DNA from: Dehalococcoidia bacterium
Lineage (GTDB): Bacteria > Chloroflexota > Dehalococcoidia > DSTF01 > RBG-16-68-14
DNA length: 50,353 nucleotides
Reading direction: 5' to 3'
Assembly (NCBI GenBank): GCA_040882355.1
Contig: JBBEBM010000082.1
Span: forward strand, 1-50,353
Both the position numbers and the translations under genes were made by a program. Below the pieces are notes generated by a model. The model saw only the letters and a program-made list of their open reading frames with translations, did not search any database and had not been told where the DNA came from. Shown here one piece after another: positions 45,465 to 50,353 of this stretch (the stretch's first letter is position 1; each line of letters starts with the position of its first letter).

Positions 45465-46142
45465 TTGTACATTATCATCATCGGCGGGGGCAAAGTCGGC
45501 TACTACCTGGCAAAGGAGCTCGTCGAGGCAAACCACGAGGTGCTGATCATCGAGCGCAACGCCAGCAAGTGCGCCGAGATCGCCGAGACCCTGGGCGAGA
45601 TCGTCATGAGAGGCGATGGCTGTGAGGCCGCGATCCAGGAGCAGGCGGGCGCCAGCCGCGCCGATCTCTTTCTCGCCGTCACCGGTGAAGACGAAGATAA
45701 CCTCGTCGCGTGTCAGGTCGCCAAACACGCCTTCAACGCGGGGCGCATCGTCGCGCGCATCAACAACCCCAAGAACGAGACGATCTTCCGCGAGCTGGGC
45801 ATCGACTCCACGGTCAGCGCCACGTCCGCCATCATGGCCCACATCGAGCAGGAGTTGCCCACCCACCCGCTCATCCCGCTGCTCACCCTCAAGCGCGGCT
45901 TTGAAATCGTCGAGGTAAGGGTGCCGGAGGGCGCCGCGGTCGTTGGCCGTCCGCTCCGCGACGTGCTGCTGCCCCACCAGTCGCTCATCTGGGGCATCGT
46001 CGACACGGAGGGCAACCCGAAGGCGCCGACTGTGGAGACAGTCATCCACGCCGGCGACGAAGTGGTCGCGGTAACGCTCAAAGAGAGCGAGGAGGCCCTC
46101 CGGGCCGCGCTGACCCAGCCGCCGCCTGAACGGAGCTTCTGA
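45465..46142 (+). CDS. trkA: TrkA family potassium uptake NAD-binding protein (RCK_N + RCK_C)
   Basis: IIIIGGGKVG, GDG, TGEDEDNL; TTG start. Confidence 0.92.
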   Translation: MYIIIIGGGKVGYYLAKELVEANHEVLIIERNASKCAEIAETLGEIVMRGDGCEAAIQEQAGASRADLFLAVTGEDEDNLVACQVAKHAFNAGRIVARINNPKNETIFRELGIDSTVSATSAIMAHIEQELPTHPLIPLLTLKRGFEIVEVRVPEGAAVVGRPLRDVLLPHQSLIWGIVDTEGNPKAPTVETVIHAGDEVVAVTLKESEEALRAALTQPPPERSF

Positions 46143-46149
46143 CCAGCTC

Positions 46150-46974
46150 ATGGCCCGCCTGGCCTATCTGGGTCCTCCCGGCACCTTCACCGAGGAGGCG
46201 GCGCTGCGCTACCGCCCGGACGCCGACCTCATCGCCTGCCCGACGGAAGGATCCGTCGTCACCGCCGTCGAGTCCGGCGCGGCCGAGGAGGGCGTGCTGG
46301 CCATCGAGAACAGCCTGGAAGGCTCGGTCACGCGCACCATCGACGCGCTAATTCATGACTCGCGCCTCTGCATCAAGGGTGAGGTGATTCTCGCCATCGA
46401 GCACTGCCTGATCGTCCGGCCGGGCACGACAGCCGGAGACGTCGCGGTTATCCGCGCGCACCCGCAGGCGCTCAACCAGTGCCGCAGGTTCATCGAGCGC
46501 CGCTACCCGAACGCGCGCCAGGAGGCGGCGCTCTCCAACGCCGCCGCCGTCGAAGAAGTCCTGCGCATCGAAGGCGGCGCGGCGATCGCGAGCGCCCGCG
46601 CCGCGCAGATCCACGGCGGCCAGGTGCTCGAGCGGGGCATCGCTGACAACGACCACAACAAGACCCGCTTCGTCGTCCTCGCTCACGCCGACGGCGAGCC
46701 CACGGGCCGTGACAAGACCTCGATCGCCTTCACGGTCGCCCACGATCAGCCGGGTACACTCGTCGACGTGCTCCATGAGTTCTCCGACCGGTCGATCAAC
46801 CTGACGAAGATCGAGTCGCGCCCTTCGCGTGAGGAGCTGGGTATCTACATCTTCCTCGTCGACCTCGATGGTCACCGCGCCGACCCGCCCGTCGCCGAGG
46901 CGCTCGCGGCGGTGAAGGGGAAAGCCCACTTCTTCCGCATCCTCGGTTCGTACCCCCGCTTCGACGATGCCTGA
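46150..46974 (+). CDS. pheA: Prephenate dehydratase
   Basis: YLGPPGTFTEEA, IENSLEG, HPQAL.QC, NKTRF, INLTKIESRP, LGSYP. Confidence 0.97.
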   Translation: MARLAYLGPPGTFTEEAALRYRPDADLIACPTEGSVVTAVESGAAEEGVLAIENSLEGSVTRTIDALIHDSRLCIKGEVILAIEHCLIVRPGTTAGDVAVIRAHPQALNQCRRFIERRYPNARQEAALSNAAAVEEVLRIEGGAAIASARAAQIHGGQVLERGIADNDHNKTRFVVLAHADGEPTGRDKTSIAFTVAHDQPGTLVDVLHEFSDRSINLTKIESRPSREELGIYIFLVDLDGHRADPPVAEALAAVKGKAHFFRILGSYPRFDDA

Positions 46975-47776
46975 GATCCCCGACCTCGAGGCGATCCGCG
47001 GCTTCCTCAACCAGCGGCTGCCCGGCGAACGCATCGAGCGCGCAGAGTTCCTCATCCCAGTCGTCTTTCGCGTGCCGAAGGACGAGTTCGTCAGCACGCT
47101 CGAGGGCAACACCTTCGGCGAGACACGCCGGCTAGGCAAGTTCCTCCTGTTCGACCTCGAGTCAGGCCATCTGCTGGTGATCAACGCCATGCTTGCGGGC
47201 CGCTTCCAGTACCTGCAGCCGGATGTGAAGCGCCGGGCCCGTACCTGCATGGCCCTGGGCCTGGCGAACGGCTGGGAGCTGCGCTACGCGGACGACCGTG
47301 TCATGGGCAAGATCTACCTCGTCCCCGCGGACAACCTGATGGATGTGCCCCAGTTCTCCGACATGGGCCCCGATGCGCTCGAAGTCTCCGAGGCGGAGTT
47401 TACTCAGCGCATCCGCCGCTTCACCGGCCAGATCAAGAGCGCCCTGGTGAACTACCGATTCATCGCGGGCATCGGCAACGCCTACGCCGACGAGATCCTC
47501 TTCGTGGCGCGCCTTCACCCGTATCGCAAACGGACCACGCTGAAGGCGGACGACATCGCGCGGCTGTACGAGGCGATCCAAAAGGTCTTCGCCTGGGCAA
47601 CGCCGATCGTCGCTGAGCAGATGCGCGATGAGCTGAACTACGACGAACGGCGCGACTTCCTCAAAGTGCATCGCCGGGGCGGCGAGCCCTGCCCGGTCTG
47701 CGGCACGCGCATCTCCGAGATCACGGCCGGCCAGCGGATCACCAACTTCTGCCGCAACTGCCAGCCCGGCCCGTAA
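46967..47776 (+). CDS. mutM: Fpg/Nei family DNA glycosylase
   Basis: MPEIPD, RLGKFL, IAGIGNAYADE, C-terminal Zn finger CPVC..CRNCQ. Confidence 0.9.
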   Translation: MPEIPDLEAIRGFLNQRLPGERIERAEFLIPVVFRVPKDEFVSTLEGNTFGETRRLGKFLLFDLESGHLLVINAMLAGRFQYLQPDVKRRARTCMALGLANGWELRYADDRVMGKIYLVPADNLMDVPQFSDMGPDALEVSEAEFTQRIRRFTGQIKSALVNYRFIAGIGNAYADEILFVARLHPYRKRTTLKADDIARLYEAIQKVFAWATPIVAEQMRDELNYDERRDFLKVHRRGGEPCPVCGTRISEITAGQRITNFCRNCQPGP

Positions 47777-48010
47777 CTCAGACGTAATCGCAAGGCAATA
47801 CGGGCGTAACCCGCGTTTGCGGAAGGCGGCGTATCATCCGTAGTGAGATGGACACAACCCTCGTCCTCTCACCTTAGGGCGCGCACCTGGCCGAGGCCTC
47901 GACCCTCCCCGCCAAACGGGACCTCGGCCAGGGCCGCCCTCTTGCCCGGGCGCGCTCACATCTGGACAGGCCCGGGGGTCGCGGCCGGGATCGCGGACAG
48001 CTCGCCGCGT

Positions 48011-49402
48011 CTACTCGGCGGCAGTCGGACCGTGCGGCCCTCGCTGGGGTGAGGCAAACGCCGGGCGGAAGGGAATGGCCAGCAGCACCTCACGGAACAT
48101 CCAGAAGATCGCCACCGGCCAGACCAACTGAAGCGGCCAGAACTCTCGCGTTTCCGAGAGATGCCCCGGGCACTGCAGGCCACACGCGGCCCAGTAGTAA
48201 AGGAACAACGATGCGATAGCAGCGGACGAGTACAGGTTGAGCATGAAGATCTGGCGGCTCATCAAGGCGAAAGGCACGATCCAGATGAGGTACTGGCTGC
48301 CGAAGCCGTGCGTTGCCGCGTAGAACGTGGCGATGAGCGCAGTTGCGCTAACCAGCGGGTCGCGTCTGGGCACGACGATCGCGGCCACGATCGCGAGTGT
48401 CGCCAGCAGGATCGTCCGGCCGTGCGCTGCGACGAAGGGAAGCCAGTCCGCCGGCGGCGGAGCGATGTCCTTGAGATAGTGCGCGAACGCGTAGGTGTAA
48501 CCGTAACGCCCCAGGATCGACTCGTACTCAAAGACCCGGTCTCGGACGAGGTTGACGCTGGTCCCGAACGAGAGGTCGTACAGCAAGAAGAAAAACGCGG
48601 GCACAACCGCGATTGCGCCCAGGTAGAGCGTCCGGTGGCGCCAGCCGGCGGGAATCATGAAGAAGCACGGGATGAACAGCGCCGGCCACGTCTTGTCCAG
48701 GACGGCGAACCCCAGGGCCATCCCGCCCAGCAGCGCCCCTCGCCAACCCGGTGTAAAGCGTAGGATGTACCAGGCCAGCAGCGCCAGGAACGCCGCCACG
48801 GAGTCGAATTGGCCGTGCAGCACGGACGTGAATACCGATATCGGATGCACCGCCCAGAGGAACCCAAGCCAAAACGCCTCGGAGAGCGAGCGCCCCAGCT
48901 TGATCGACCCGACGTAGATCAGAGCCAGGATCCCAAGGTCCGCCAGGATGTTCGGCCACCGCATCGATGAAGAGAAGTCCACGCCGAACCAGTCATCCAG
49001 CTTGGCGCTGAGCGCGAACCAGTACATGTGGAACGGCAGGTAGGGGTGCCGCGTCGTCTCCGCATAGACGTCCTTGCCGTCCAGCACCAGGTCCGCCGTG
49101 ATCTCGAACGACGCTGTGTCGAATCGAACGTCGCCGGCGCGGTTGATCAGCCTCTCATTGGTGATCCCCTGCGAAAACAGGTCGAAGACTTGCTCCGCTT
49201 CCGTGGACAGCTCCGTCTCGGCGTTGACGTCGGGGGCAGGGAGGAGGACAAGGAAGACGACGCGAATGGCCAAAGCCAGCGCGACCAAGAGGAGGAGCGG
49301 CCGGGCTGGCGCCCGCCAGCCGGACTCGAGCGGGATGTGCGCCCACGCATAGGCGAGCACCGGCACGGTGCCCAGGGCGAGTAGCAGGTCCCATTCGTTC
49401 AG
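48011..49402 (-). CDS. GT-C (GT87/PIG-M-like) membrane glycosyltransferase; start uncertain
   Basis: HPYLP, HGQFDS, GFAVLDKTWP, QYLIWIVPF; frame open upstream of GTG 49366 through CTG 49402. Confidence 0.8.
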   Translation of the reverse strand: MNEWDLLLALGTVPVLAYAWAHIPLESGWRAPARPLLLLVALALAIRVVFLVLLPAPDVNAETELSTEAEQVFDLFSQGITNERLINRAGDVRFDTASFEITADLVLDGKDVYAETTRHPYLPFHMYWFALSAKLDDWFGVDFSSSMRWPNILADLGILALIYVGSIKLGRSLSEAFWLGFLWAVHPISVFTSVLHGQFDSVAAFLALLAWYILRFTPGWRGALLGGMALGFAVLDKTWPALFIPCFFMIPAGWRHRTLYLGAIAVVPAFFFLLYDLSFGTSVNLVRDRVFEYESILGRYGYTYAFAHYLKDIAPPPADWLPFVAAHGRTILLATLAIVAAIVVPRRDPLVSATALIATFYAATHGFGSQYLIWIVPFALMSRQIFMLNLYSSAAIASLFLYYWAACGLQCPGHLSETREFWPLQLVWPVAIFWMFREVLLAIPFRPAFASPQRGPHGPTAAE

Positions 49403-49626
49403 CGAGCTCCCCCCGGCTACTGGCTACGCGTTCGAAACGAGGCGCCCCGGCGCGGCAGTGCCGGTTCGGCGCTGGCAGCTCGATGCAGTAACGTCCCGCA
49501 TCGCGTCAATCCCTACTGAAGAACGTGCCGCGCCACGCGCTGCTCCTTCCGAACGAACGGTTTCGCCGAGCGGTCAAGCGCGGACGAAGGCGAGTATAGC
49601 TGAAAGTCGCCAGCCTCGACAGAAGA

Positions 49627-49652
49627 AGACCCCGGCTTTCCCGGGGGCCTTT
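49627..49652 (-). terminator. Terminator hairpin downstream of the HNH gene
   Basis: ccccgg-ctttc-ccgggg stem with T-rich tail on the minus strand. Confidence 0.6.
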
Positions 49653-49676
49653 CGATCCTGCACTTACGCGCGCGGG

Positions 49677-50204
49677 CTAGGCGTAACCGTCCGGCTCTTC
49701 CCAGCCCGGGATGAACTTGCGCCAGCCCTCCTGGTGGTCAAGGTAACGGTAGACCACGTAGTAGCTGTTCACCTTCGGGGCGTAGGGCTCATGCAGCAGC
49801 CGCATGTTCGCCTCGGCCGGGGTGCGGCCCGCCTTTCGGTGGTTGCAGGTCTTGCAGGCCGAGGCCAGGTTCTCCCACTCGTGCCCGCCCCCTCGATGAC
49901 GAGGCAGCACGTGGTCGATGGTCAGGTCGCGCGTCTGCTTGCCGCAGTACAGGCAGATGTAGCGGTCGCGGTTAAAGACCTCGCGGCGCGAGAGGCGCAT
50001 CTGGGGGCGGGGCCGCTTGATCAGGTAGATCATGCGGATGACGGAGGGGCGTGGATAGACATAACGAGCCGTCCGGATCCCGCCCTCGCCGTGCTCCAAC
50101 ACCTCAGCCTTGCCCCTGTCGACGAGTACGAAGGCGCGGCGGGCGTTGCAGACGTTCAGCGGCTCGTAGTTCTGGTTCAGTACCAGGACAGCAATATCCA
50201 CCAT
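49677..50204 (-). CDS. HNH endonuclease (McrA-like, LVLNxxYEP family)
   Basis: VLVLNQNYEPL, PSVIR, RDRYICLYCG, TIDHVLP..GG..WENL..CKTCNHRK. Confidence 0.93.
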   Translation of the reverse strand: MVDIAVLVLNQNYEPLNVCNARRAFVLVDRGKAEVLEHGEGGIRTARYVYPRPSVIRMIYLIKRPRPQMRLSRREVFNRDRYICLYCGKQTRDLTIDHVLPRHRGGGHEWENLASACKTCNHRKAGRTPAEANMRLLHEPYAPKVNSYYVVYRYLDHQEGWRKFIPGWEEPDGYA

Positions 50205-50316
50205 GGCGTCATCCCCAACAGTTCTGCATATCTTACCAAAGTCTGGATTACGTTCACAATGGCGCTGGAATCGCCTAGCAGGGTGCTGAACAAGCCCGAG
50301 AACCAATGTCATTCGT

Positions 50317-50353
50317 TCCCACCCGCCCGCCCAGGGGAGTATTGGTGAATCTG
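50317..50353. repeat. Second, inverted copy of the 8396..8480 repeat, truncated by the window end
   Basis: tcccacccgcccgcccag-N4-gtattgg vs reverse complement of 8450..8478 tcccacccacccgcccag-N4-gtattgg. Confidence 0.65.

Noticed and set aside
47802..47812. GGCGTAACC match to the HNH gene tail
   Set aside because: 9 bp, expected by chance
49677..50204. HNH as an IscB/Cas-like or RNA-guided nuclease
   Set aside because: Short LVLNxxYEP-type HNH with no RuvC or PLMP motif and no array
1..50353. CRISPR array, rRNA, intact transposase, or reverse transcriptase/DGR explaining the duplicated tails
   Set aside because: No regularly spaced repeats, rRNA motifs or RT seen; tail mismatches are not restricted to adenines as DGR TR/VR pairs require

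Overview
High-GC chromosomal window, probably from a Chloroflexota (Dehalococcoidia-like) bacterium; this assignment is inferred from gene style only. The housekeeping backbone comprises rarA, an enoyl-CoA hydratase, ccdA, an acyl-CoA ligase, an S9 peptidase, argG/argD, a yitJ-like homocysteine methyltransferase, erpA/sufR-like/iscS, tRNA-Leu and tRNA-Gln, a thiolase with its OB-fold partner, usp-trkA-trkA-pheA-fpg and an HNH gene. It is interrupted by many small accessory cassettes: DUF559, HicAB, DUF4160/DUF2442, DUF433/DUF5615, a Tad/secreted-protein block and a LuxR-TM sensor. No intact integrase or transposase is present. Main observations: (1) three cassettes each sit between a host gene's 3' end and an ungapped orphan copy of that same 3' end (rarA 23 bp, dinB-family 66 bp, glycosyltransferase 75-88 bp), suggesting insertion by gene-tail duplication or replacement; (2) other cassettes are bracketed by REP-like hairpins or inverted repeats; (3) a kinase-STAND-cyclase protein has a WNK-like relocated catalytic lysine; (4) ccdA appears circularly permuted; (5) a GT-C glycosyltransferase is fused to a pilin/GspG-like head; (6) there are two candidate structured ncRNAs. 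All family calls come from motif recognition by eye, not database searches.
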